The notes below the pieces were generated by a model. The model was not told where the DNA came from. It saw only the letters and a list, made by a program, of their open reading frames with translations, and made no database searches. The position numbers and the translations under genes were made by a program. Shown in pieces: positions 44,486 to 51,955 of a DNA stretch of 55,830 nt. Position 1 is the stretch's first letter; each line of letters begins with the position of its first letter. This stretch comes from a virus (lineage: Duplodnaviria > Caudoviricetes): IMG/VR virus record IMGVR_UViG_3300030102_001765, positions 1 to 55,830 of that record, one strand, 5' to 3'.

Positions 44486-46349
44486 GAGAGGTTGGTCTGT
44501 AATACCAATCAAACCAGACGCTAAAAGACCCGCTATTAAGTGGAGACAATATCAAGAGAAGCCACCTACTGAGAAAGAAGTAGACCAATGGTGGACACAG
44601 TGGCCTGACTATGACATTGCAATCATAACAGGCGAAGTAAGTGGAGTTGTTGTTGTCGATTGCGACAATGATGAAGCTTACAAACAGGCAATAAATACAG
44701 GCATGCGCTCGGCTTTTACAGTCAAGACGAAGAGAGGAGTGCATTTATATTTCGAGCATCCCAAAGACGGAGTTCGTCGTGGGCCTCGTGCTGGCGTAAA
44801 CAGCACGGGCTCCGACTGGCCTCGCATAAATGGTTTAGACTTTAGAGGCGACGGCTCTTATGCGTTGTTGCCTCCAAGTAAAAACTACAGTTGGGAAATA
44901 GGTATGGGCTTGGATTGGGATGACCTTCCAATTTGGAAGGATTGGAAACCAATCTTACCATCTATGGACGGCAAAGACTTTGAGTTCTCGCAGTTAGACT
45001 TGTCGTCTGTCATGCCACTAGACCCAGACGAGTTTATATCTGAGTGGGACAGGACTGCCAAATATGTCCGTGATTCTTTTCCAAACTCACTGAAGATTCC
45101 ATCTGGTCTTGGAAACGGACGCAATGAACGTGTGATGCGGTACATATCTGAATCCATACTTGAGGGGTTCTGGGGTCACGATTTACGTCTTCGTGGCTAC
45201 GCATTTATGAATGAGTTTTTTGAAGAGCCCTTAACAGAACGTGAGTTTGAAGCAACCGTTCTGTCTATGGAACAATCAGAACGACGTAATCATCCTGACA
45301 GATTCGATGAGAAGGGTGACTATATATATAAGCCATACATAAATGCCAACCAACCAGTCGAAGCTAGGTCACGCAGACTTATACAGATGAAGGATGCAGA
45401 CCAGCTGTTACAAGAAGCTGATGCAAAGACGTATCTGATAGAACCTTGGCTTCCAAGCAACACGATTGTGCAAGTGTTTGGATACAGTGGTCACGGCAAG
45501 TCGTTGTTTGTGCAACATGCGATGGGTGCTTTGGCTGCTGGCAACAAATACTTTGGCCCTTTCGAGATAGGCAAGCCAGCACGTGTCTTGTACATGGACT
45601 TCGAGATGGGCATGGCTACCATTGCAAGACGATTGATTGACTTGAAATCAATACACTCTGATACAGCTGACAGACTCAATATCTGGACTCCGTTTATTGA
45701 TAAGAAAGAAATCAATCTGCACAACAGAGATGGCTTACAGGAACTGCAAGGTTGGATTGAGTTCTCTGACCCAGACGTTGTCGTCATTGATACACTGCGA
45801 ACAGCTTATCCAGGGCTTCAAGAGAACAGCTCAGACGAATGGTCAAAGGTAAACCAGCTCGCAGTGAAGCTCAGAAACTCTGGCTTGTCTGTAATACTTA
45901 TACATCACAGCAACAAACCAAGTGACAGTGGTATCGGGAGAGAAGCTGGCTCAACGAATCAGCTTACTACTTTGGAAACACAGATACGTGTAGCACAGGT
46001 ATTCCAAGACGAAGATACAGCGAAACAAAATGCTGCGTTGTATGATGGCAACTACGACCAACCTGTTTGGCCCTTGCTGCAAGGAAGTTTGCCTGAGAAC
46101 TTTCGTCTGTACATGGTGATGGAGGTTCGGTACGGAAAGGTTCGTGAGTGGACAGACCTACACGATAGAGTTCAGTGGCTGGGGTTTTCCGCAAACGATA
46201 TTACTGGCGAGAAGCGTATCGTCGCTAGCAAATCTACAAAACAAAAAGCAAAAGAGATGGCTCTGAACGGACTAGATGCCGAGCATATAGCTGATAAGCT
46301 GGGCAAGCCCCTTACTTTGGTTCGTCTTTGGTTGGAGTTATCGAGGTAA
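44448..46349 (+). CDS. Bifunctional Prim-Pol primase / RepA-like (AAA_25) helicase
   Basis: GWSVIP, VVVDCD, GVHLYF, DFRGDGSY, GRNE; Walker A GYSGHGKS, VVIDT, LIHHSNK; RBS GAGG before ATG 44448. Confidence 0.92.
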   Translation: MNEKLAAALDYLERGWSVIPIKPDAKRPAIKWRQYQEKPPTEKEVDQWWTQWPDYDIAIITGEVSGVVVVDCDNDEAYKQAINTGMRSAFTVKTKRGVHLYFEHPKDGVRRGPRAGVNSTGSDWPRINGLDFRGDGSYALLPPSKNYSWEIGMGLDWDDLPIWKDWKPILPSMDGKDFEFSQLDLSSVMPLDPDEFISEWDRTAKYVRDSFPNSLKIPSGLGNGRNERVMRYISESILEGFWGHDLRLRGYAFMNEFFEEPLTEREFEATVLSMEQSERRNHPDRFDEKGDYIYKPYINANQPVEARSRRLIQMKDADQLLQEADAKTYLIEPWLPSNTIVQVFGYSGHGKSLFVQHAMGALAAGNKYFGPFEIGKPARVLYMDFEMGMATIARRLIDLKSIHSDTADRLNIWTPFIDKKEINLHNRDGLQELQGWIEFSDPDVVVIDTLRTAYPGLQENSSDEWSKVNQLAVKLRNSGLSVILIHHSNKPSDSGIGREAGSTNQLTTLETQIRVAQVFQDEDTAKQNAALYDGNYDQPVWPLLQGSLPENFRLYMVMEVRYGKVREWTDLHDRVQWLGFSANDITGEKRIVASKSTKQKAKEMALNGLDAEHIADKLGKPLTLVRLWLELSR

Positions 46350-46515
46350 CTTTTGCATCAGGGAAGTGCTGTCTGATTTCGTCAACTATCTTGGCGACTT
46401 CTGGGTGGCGCTTCCTATTTTCTTCACGCTGTTTCTCAATCTCTAAGTCACGATTGCGCTTCCAAGAGTTGTACTTTTCTTCAATTTCTTTTTGTCTTAG
46501 ATTTAATTTTTTCAT
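46312..46515 (-). CDS. Hypothetical protein
   Basis: NRKRHPEVAKIVDEIRQHFPDAKV; convergent with the primase gene. Confidence 0.6.
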   Translation of the reverse strand: MKKLNLRQKEIEEKYNSWKRNRDLEIEKQREENRKRHPEVAKIVDEIRQHFPDAKVTSITPTKDEPK

Positions 46516-46525
46516 GTATTAAGGA

Positions 46526-46631
46526 TGATACAACGACTTTCACTTCGCTAAAAACGCCTTAAGTCAAAAGGCGTGGTTTACAACCACGCCTTTTAAAGAC
46601 TAAACGTTTAGTCGTTGTATCACTTTTGACT
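46526..46631. repeat. Nested inverted repeats/palindromes
   Basis: 13-bp outer IR 46526-38/46610-22; 13-bp hairpin 46566-78/46582-94; 16-bp palindrome 46598-613. Confidence 0.9.
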
Positions 46632-46722
46632 GGATAAATCAACACCTAGAAAAAAATTTCTTGTAAATATTTGTTATTAGTATTAAATGTTATACTATAC
46701 ATGGAAAAAGGAGCAGTGATAT

Positions 46723-47016
46723 ATGCCAAGAAACATTCGAGTCTCGGACTCGGACTTATCTTGGCTTCGTCAAAACCATAGAATTAAAACTTACTCTGAC
46801 ATGGCACAACACCTAAATTGTTGTGTCGATACCTTGAAAAGAATACTTGTAAGAGAAGGCTTGCAAGAGTTCGATGGGGCCAAGTATCAGGTTCGCCGTG
46901 ACTTCCAAGGAAAAACGTGGACTAGGCCGTGCATGAAATGTAGAGATACGACAGAGCGACCCAAGAATTGGTTTTTTTGTAAGTCTTGTCGTAAAGATTT
47001 GGGGTACGAAGATTGA
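46723..47016 (+). CDS. HTH plus C-terminal Zn-finger transcription factor (GcrA-like architecture)
   Basis: TYSDMAQHLNCCVDTLKRIL HTH; CMKC...CKSC; RBS AAGGAG; extended -10 TGTTATACT upstream. Confidence 0.65.
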   Translation: MPRNIRVSDSDLSWLRQNHRIKTYSDMAQHLNCCVDTLKRILVREGLQEFDGAKYQVRRDFQGKTWTRPCMKCRDTTERPKNWFFCKSCRKDLGYED

Positions 47017-47396
47017 GTAAACAAAAGAAAAAAGGCGACGACTACGAAAGAGAGTTAGCCAAATACATTAATCAAGAAACAGGACTGAAGACAGCACATA
47101 GAGCCCCATTATCTGGTGGCGGTTACGTAGACATGTCGGGTGGTGCAGATATTCTTGGTGTCCCAGGGATATTCATAGAAGCAAAACGTGTTGAACGTCT
47201 GAACTTCCATGATGCCCTGAGACAAGCAGAACGTAACATAGGAAAAACAAATGCGCCAGAGGTTCCTATAGTAATTAATAGAAAAAATAGAATGAAGACA
47301 GGCGAAAGCCTATGTCTGATAAGGCTAGACGACTTCTTAAAATTTTATTGTAGTTACCTGAGAGAAACAGGTTCAGTCAAATTTAACAACAGATAG
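47013..47396 (+). CDS. Holliday junction resolvase (Hjc-like PD-(D/E)XK)
   Basis: KKKGDDYERE, RAPLSG, ADI, IEAKR. Confidence 0.85.
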   Translation: MSKQKKKGDDYERELAKYINQETGLKTAHRAPLSGGGYVDMSGGADILGVPGIFIEAKRVERLNFHDALRQAERNIGKTNAPEVPIVINRKNRMKTGESLCLIRLDDFLKFYCSYLRETGSVKFNNR

Positions 47397-47426
47397 GACG
47401 ACTAAGACGTTGTCATCCAGTATCTT
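47396..47426 (+). promoter_or_regulatory. GGACGAC-N18-TATCTT putative late promoter (basic-protein operon)
   Basis: Recurrent motif overlapping the resolvase TAG. Confidence 0.7.
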
Positions 47427-47497
47427 TATTGAGGGTAGAGAAGTACAGTTTATTGGCTGTATACTTTTATACATACTTTACAGAGTGGTTTTTGGAT

Positions 47498-47764
47498 ATG
47501 GCACGAAAGAAAAAGAACGTCAGTTTATCAGTAGGAAGAGGCGAAAAGAGACCCGCCTCCAGAGGGGCGGGCCTCACAGCAAAAGGCAGACGTAAATATA
47601 ATAAAGCTACGGGCTCTAACCTGAAAGCTCCACAGCCACAAGGTGGTAAACGTAAGAAATCATACTGTGCAAGGTCTGCTGGCCAGATGAAAATGCACAA
47701 CATCAGTTGTAAGAAAACACCAAAGAAAAGAATCTGCGCAGCCAGACGTCGATGGAAATGCTAA
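47498..47764 (+). CDS. Small basic protein (DUF6321-like)
   Basis: GLTAKGRRKYN, LKAP, RKKSYCAR, ARRRWKC. Confidence 0.75.
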   Translation: MARKKKNVSLSVGRGEKRPASRGAGLTAKGRRKYNKATGSNLKAPQPQGGKRKKSYCARSAGQMKMHNISCKKTPKKRICAARRRWKC

Positions 47765-48381
47765 TGGCAGACGACTGGGAAGAATACTCAAGTTTGATTG
47801 CAGCTGAAATACAGGCGTGGTCAAACGAAGTCTTGGAAAAACCAACGCCACTGTTTGCAGACATGCCACCATGTCCTTTTGCAAGGAAAGCTTGGATGGA
47901 TGGACACGTTGTCGTACATGTCACAGACCATCTTGCTCCAGTAATCAACATCAAAAGCCACGAGCTGTTACCAACAGACGAAACTGTACATGTCGTAGCG
48001 TGGACAGGCTGGGAAGACTTGACTCGACAAGAGTTCGAGGCGTGGCTAGACGAACAAAACAAAAACCATTTCGGCATTTGGCTTATGGGTTTTCACCCAG
48101 ACGCCGAACACAACCCCAACATTCCTGAGTTCGATGGTCTTGTTGAGGACGACTACGCACTAATTTTAGTGCAATCATTGAGTAAACTTGTTCAAGCATC
48201 TGATAAGTTGAGGAAGACAAGTTACTATGAAAAGTTTAAGATAGAAGACATCAAGTATATTAACAACCGCAAGGAGGTATGCAATGCGTGGAATGAAAAA
48301 GTCAATGAAGAAGCCTATGCCCAAGAAGAAAGCTATGGCATCAAAAAAAGGCTCCTCAATGAAGAAGAAAAAATCCATTAG
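47752..48381 (+). CDS. DUF1415-like protein
   Basis: PPCPFARKAW and GFHP motifs; acidic; start may be a later Met (~47758-47764). Confidence 0.6.
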   Translation: MEMLMADDWEEYSSLIAAEIQAWSNEVLEKPTPLFADMPPCPFARKAWMDGHVVVHVTDHLAPVINIKSHELLPTDETVHVVAWTGWEDLTRQEFEAWLDEQNKNHFGIWLMGFHPDAEHNPNIPEFDGLVEDDYALILVQSLSKLVQASDKLRKTSYYEKFKIEDIKYINNRKEVCNAWNEKVNEEAYAQEESYGIKKRLLNEEEKIH

Positions 48382-48391
48382 GAGAGCATAA
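48284..48391 (+). CDS. Lys/Met-rich micro-protein (35 aa, not in track)
   Basis: RBS AAGGAGGT; MRGMKKSMKKPMPKKKAMASKKGSSMKKKKSIRRA; stop abuts the next ATG. Confidence 0.7.
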   Translation: MRGMKKSMKKPMPKKKAMASKKGSSMKKKKSIRRA

Positions 48392-48583
48392 ATGATTAAG
48401 AAAAACCGAGGTGTAATCTTCGGAACACGTGGCAAGACGCCAGGGATGCAGACGATGAAGGTTGGTGGCAGAGCTATCAACCCTTATCGTGCAATGTCCA
48501 TGATGCCTAGCCAGTTCGGAAGAACAACTACAGGAGTAAAGCCTATCTTCGGTGGTCGTGGTCGTTCCCTCAGACGTAGGTAA
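48392..48583 (+). CDS. Arg/Gly-rich micro-protein
   Basis: RBS AGGAG; no acidic residues. Confidence 0.7.
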   Translation: MIKKNRGVIFGTRGKTPGMQTMKVGGRAINPYRAMSMMPSQFGRTTTGVKPIFGGRGRSLRRR

Positions 48584-48588
48584 AGACT

Positions 48589-48720
48589 GTGGCTAGCATT
48601 GGTAGGAAGGTAAAGTCTGTCGCTAATAAAACGCAGACAGGTAAAATGAAACACGCAAACTGTCCTTGCGTGATAGCAAGAGGTAACAATGGCAAGAAAG
48701 TCAACGTCAAAAAAGCGTAA
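48589..48720 (+). CDS. Basic micro-protein (43 aa, not in track)
   Basis: GTG start after AGGT; MASIGRKVKSVANKTQTGKMKHANCPCVIARGNNGKKVNVKKA. Confidence 0.55.
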   Translation: MASIGRKVKSVANKTQTGKMKHANCPCVIARGNNGKKVNVKKA

Positions 48721-48874
48721 GACTTCTGCTAAGAAAGACGCTTGTTACCACAAGGTTAAGTCACGCTACACAAAGTGGCCTAGCGCTTACGCAAGCGGAG
48801 CGTTAGTTAAATGTAGACGTGTAGGTGCAAAGAACTGGGGTAATAAGAGTGGCTCGAAGCGAAAGTCTGCATAA
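48689..48874 (+). CDS. Basic micro-protein (DUF5872-like)
   Basis: KKDACYHKVKSRY..WPSAYASGALVKCR; RBS GAGGT. Confidence 0.75.
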   Translation: MARKSTSKKRKTSAKKDACYHKVKSRYTKWPSAYASGALVKCRRVGAKNWGNKSGSKRKSA

Positions 48875-49067
48875 ATGGTTCAGCCGAAACAAAGGCAAAG
48901 GTTGGGTAGACTGCAAGACTGGAAAGCCTTGTGGTCGTAAGTCGGCGAAAGGTAAATCCAAGAGACCTTACCCAGCTTGCAGACCGACGAAGGCTCAATG
49001 TACGTCTGCCAGCAGAAAGAAGAAAGGGCCAGCACGTATCAGCTGGAAGAAAGGTAAAAAGAAATGA
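48849..49067 (+). CDS. Basic Cys-containing micro-protein
   Basis: SLHKWF..WVDCKTGKPCGR..YPACRP. Confidence 0.7.
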   Translation: MARSESLHKWFSRNKGKGWVDCKTGKPCGRKSAKGKSKRPYPACRPTKAQCTSASRKKKGPARISWKKGKKK

Positions 49068-49213
49068 TGGGTCGCAACAAAGGAATGAAGAAAGGAAAGG
49101 GCTTAACTAAAAAGCAAAAGATGATTGCTGGTATGGCTCCTCCCTTTGACAAGATAACAGGCGCAGACTTCAAGAAGCTTAAGCAGAAGAAGAAGCGCAC
49201 GAGAACAGCTTGA
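49064..49213 (+). CDS. Basic micro-protein (49 aa, not in track)
   Basis: ATGA coupling; LTKKQKMIAGMAPPFDKITGADFKKLK. Confidence 0.7.
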   Translation: MMGRNKGMKKGKGLTKKQKMIAGMAPPFDKITGADFKKLKQKKKRTRTA

Positions 49214-49530
49214 TTTGCTATAAATGTGGGGGCTCTACAAAAGTATTAGACAGTCGTTCCAAAGACGGAAGCATAAGACGCAAGAGAACATGCACGAATT
49301 GCACTACGAGTTTCTGGACATTGGAAGTATTAGAGACCTCCTTGCACACAGAGAAAGACTGTACGTCAGAGAAGAACGTTTCTCAGACGAAAAGAAAAGC
49401 AGCCCCAAAAATTTCCCAGGAAAAACTAAATAACACATCGTATATGTTCGACGTCGACAGCTTGTCAGACGAAGAGCTGGAAAGACAGGTGATGTCTGGC
49501 AACGTACGATTTGACGAAGACGAACTATAG
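49210..49530 (+). CDS. NrdR-type Zn-ribbon domain protein (no ATP cone)
   Basis: CYKCGGSTKVLDSR..IRRKRTCTNC..F.T.E. Confidence 0.75.
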   Translation: MICYKCGGSTKVLDSRSKDGSIRRKRTCTNCTTSFWTLEVLETSLHTEKDCTSEKNVSQTKRKAAPKISQEKLNNTSYMFDVDSLSDEELERQVMSGNVRFDEDEL

Positions 49531-49560
49531 GACGACACTTCCTACTCCCGTAGCTATTTT
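49530..49560 (+). promoter_or_regulatory. GGACGAC-N18-TATTTT putative late promoter
   Basis: Recurrent motif overlapping the TAG. Confidence 0.7.
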
Positions 49561-49585
49561 ATAAGAGGGTGTTAAGGAGGTTAAG

Positions 49586-50038
49586 TTGGAACCAATTACA
49601 ATGGCAGTCGCAGCTTTTAACGGAATAAAAGCGGGCGTGGCTGCTGGAAAAGAAATTTCGTCTTTGGCTAAAGACATCGGCAAAATGTTCGATGCGATTG
49701 ATAATGTCAAAAAAGAACACAACGATGAAAAGAACAAACCTTTTCAGTCTGCAAACGAAGAAGCGTTAGAAACTTTCATTAACAAGAAACAAGCCGAAGA
49801 CCTTGAAGACAACTTGCGACAAATCATTACCGCAACTAGAGGCCCATCTGCATGGCAAGAACTAATACGTATGCGTGTCGAAGTCAGGAAACGTAGACAA
49901 GAAGAAATCGAAGCAAAGATAAGACGACGACGAGAAATTATCGAAGCTATCGGTACTTGGTTTCTAGTTATTTTTCTCGTCGTCTTAGTAGGTGGTGTTG
50001 GTGTATTAGCTTTGGCTAAATACTTAGGCAGAATCTAG
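49586..50038 (+). CDS. Membrane-anchored coiled-coil protein
   Basis: RBS TAAGGAGG, TTG start, C-terminal TM helix. Confidence 0.75.
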   Translation: MEPITMAVAAFNGIKAGVAAGKEISSLAKDIGKMFDAIDNVKKEHNDEKNKPFQSANEEALETFINKKQAEDLEDNLRQIITATRGPSAWQELIRMRVEVRKRRQEEIEAKIRRRREIIEAIGTWFLVIFLVVLVGGVGVLALAKYLGRI

Positions 50039-50278
50039 TAACAATACTGCCCAATGCTCTAAATATTGAGGGGCTTTTGGCCCCTCAATATAATTGCGTC
50101 CATCTTTTTCAATGAACCCAATGTACATAAGTGTGTGAAGATAACGTGATACACTGTGTTGCGTAACACCTATGGCTTCAGCTATCTCCTTTTGTCGATT
50201 CACTGGTGTCGTCGACTGGCGGAGGTGCTTTAGAATTTTCACTGCCATCACTTTCTGGTTGTGCGTTAGTCGGTGCAT
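50024..50278 (-). CDS. Winged-helix DNA-binding protein
   Basis: RQKEIAEAIGVTQHSVSRYLHTL..GFIEK. Confidence 0.75.
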   Translation of the reverse strand: MHRLTHNQKVMAVKILKHLRQSTTPVNRQKEIAEAIGVTQHSVSRYLHTLMYIGFIEKDGRNYIEGPKAPQYLEHWAVLLLDSA

Positions 50279-50486
50279 CTTTGTCCTCTACTCTGTTAAT
50301 CGTTGCAAATAACCATCGTGTATTCAGTATAGAATTTTTCATAAAGTCTACGACTGTCATCGCTCCATCTTTATTGAAGACGTTTTGTGTGAACGTCATC
50401 TCCAGACCAACGAACTGGTCGTCGTTCTTTACCATCCAAACGTCTGCGACCTTCACAAACTCTGGCTGTTTAGTTTCTTCTGCCAT
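50178..50486 (-). CDS. Hypothetical protein
   Basis: RBS AGGAG before ATG 50486, directly after the integrase. Confidence 0.6.
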   Translation of the reverse strand: MAEETKQPEFVKVADVWMVKNDDQFVGLEMTFTQNVFNKDGAMTVVDFMKNSILNTRWLFATINRVEDKDAPTNAQPESDGSENSKAPPPVDDTSESTKGDS

Positions 50487-50487
50487 G

Positions 50488-51474
50488 TTACTCTCCTTCA
50501 AGTAAGTTGATTGTTGTTTCTAAATGTGTCGGTGCGAGATGCGAATACCTCATCACCATTGCTAGAGACGAATGTCCAAGCAAGTCTGCAACTGCTCGAA
50601 GAGATGCCCCCTTTTGCACCAAGTGACTAGCGAACGTATGTCTACAGTCATGTGGTGTAAAATCTTTTATGCCAGCAACATTACAAGCGTTGTAAAAGCT
50701 ATCGTAAAACTTAGACCTCACCCACTGGCTTCCATCTGGCTGAGTGAAAACGAAATCGGCGTCGTCGTCGACTGTCAGAATTTTAGATACTCTGGCCCCC
50801 AGCGGAACAGCTCGAACTTTTTTTCGTTTCGTCTTGCCTTTTCTGCTGGTAAACAAAGCCGAGCCCCTGTGAATATCCTGTGGACGAAGTGCGAAAGCCT
50901 CGCCAATCCTCGCCCCCGTATAGAATAAAAAGGTTACGACGTCTTTGATTGTGCTGTCGCAACAGTCAATCAAGTGGTCTCGCTCGCTCTCGGTCAACCA
51001 ACGCAAGCGACTATCGTCCACGTTCGGACGCACAATGTTAATGCTTGGCACATCCCACCCCATACTTTCTGCATGCGATAGCATGGCTTTGATACTGTTC
51101 AACTCTCTCGCCACAGTGTTCGGCTTGTTTCCACGGCTCGTGACGTGGTGCATAATCTGCTCCAACGTCAACGCATGCAATGGAACATGCCCAAGTGCAG
51201 ACGAAAAAAGTCGCATGATTGTTTGGTCGGTAGTCCCAGGAGAGTTTGGTCGTCCCAGGAAAGCATCCGCTGCGTCAGCTGCAAGACGTCTTGATTTCGT
51301 CTTGACCTCTCCCGCTGCGACTGCTGCGTAAGTTTTTGTGAGTTCGTCTTTGGCTTTGGATTTCTGGCTCTTGTGGAGGCCCGTGGATTTCCGTACTCGG
51401 ATGGGTCTTCCGTCTTGTATGACAGTGCCAGTTATCTGCCATACGTCTTTGCGTAAAGTTAAGTTAAGTGTCAT
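50488..51474 (-). CDS. int: Tyrosine recombinase/integrase
   Basis: YTGARIGE, HDCRHTFAS, LLGH, RYSH catalytic residues all present. Confidence 0.95.
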   Translation of the reverse strand: MTLNLTLRKDVWQITGTVIQDGRPIRVRKSTGLHKSQKSKAKDELTKTYAAVAAGEVKTKSRRLAADAADAFLGRPNSPGTTDQTIMRLFSSALGHVPLHALTLEQIMHHVTSRGNKPNTVARELNSIKAMLSHAESMGWDVPSINIVRPNVDDSRLRWLTESERDHLIDCCDSTIKDVVTFLFYTGARIGEAFALRPQDIHRGSALFTSRKGKTKRKKVRAVPLGARVSKILTVDDDADFVFTQPDGSQWVRSKFYDSFYNACNVAGIKDFTPHDCRHTFASHLVQKGASLRAVADLLGHSSLAMVMRYSHLAPTHLETTINLLEGE

Positions 51475-51481
51475 GTTGTAC

Positions 51482-51533
51482 TCCCTTGTATAACCCTCAC
51501 ACTATAATATAGTATAACAGATTATACAAGGGA
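51482..51533. promoter_or_regulatory. Inverted-repeat element with integrase promoter
   Basis: TCCCTTGTATAA...TTATACAAGGGA with inner ACTATA-A-TATAGT; minus strand TTGTAT-17-TATAGT. Confidence 0.7.
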
Positions 51534-51543
51534 ATAAGTTTGG

Positions 51544-51690
51544 TCACTTCTTGAACCACTTGCAGTAAGGGCATTTGATTATCTCATGCCAAGTCTGTTT
51601 CAAGGCTTGCTTGAAATGATTGTTCACGTGATAGTCTTTTATCACGCCCTTACCTTTACAGAATGTGCAGACGTTCTTCTTCTTACGCAT
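51544..51690 (-). CDS. Small Zn-finger protein (48 aa, not in track)
   Basis: MRKKKNVCTFCKGKG...CPYC; start overlaps the upstream gene end. Confidence 0.6.
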   Translation of the reverse strand: MRKKKNVCTFCKGKGVIKDYHVNNHFKQALKQTWHEIIKCPYCKWFKK

Positions 51691-51946
51691 CCGTAAGTTT
51701 CTCCGTGGGCAACTTGTTAAAGTCTTTCACGTCCATATCCAACCAAAAGGTTCCCTTTCCATACGATACCTCGGCACGTACCTCGGTGTCATTGTGAGGG
51801 AAGTGCATGCCGATGGGGTATTTAACCCCATCTTCAAGCACCTCTTTGTACGCTCGTGTATAAATCGAACGATTCTTCTTGAGCCTTATGGCTTTGTTGT
51901 TGAGACGTACGATGTCGTCTTTAGTCATGTATGTAACTTTTGTCAT
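51683..51946 (-). CDS. Hypothetical early protein
   Basis: RBS AGGAGG. Confidence 0.7.
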   Translation of the reverse strand: MTKVTYMTKDDIVRLNNKAIRLKKNRSIYTRAYKEVLEDGVKYPIGMHFPHNDTEVRAEVSYGKGTFWLDMDVKDFNKLPTEKLTDA

Positions 51947-51955
51947 GTAATCCTC

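Noticed and set aside
47410-47595. ORF 47410..47595 and the upstream extension of 47429..47764
   Set aside because: They overlap the promoter motif; ATG 47498 gives the recognisable basic protein
51495-51530. dif-like XerC/D site
   Set aside because: Lacks the TTATG-type XerD arm at the required spacing
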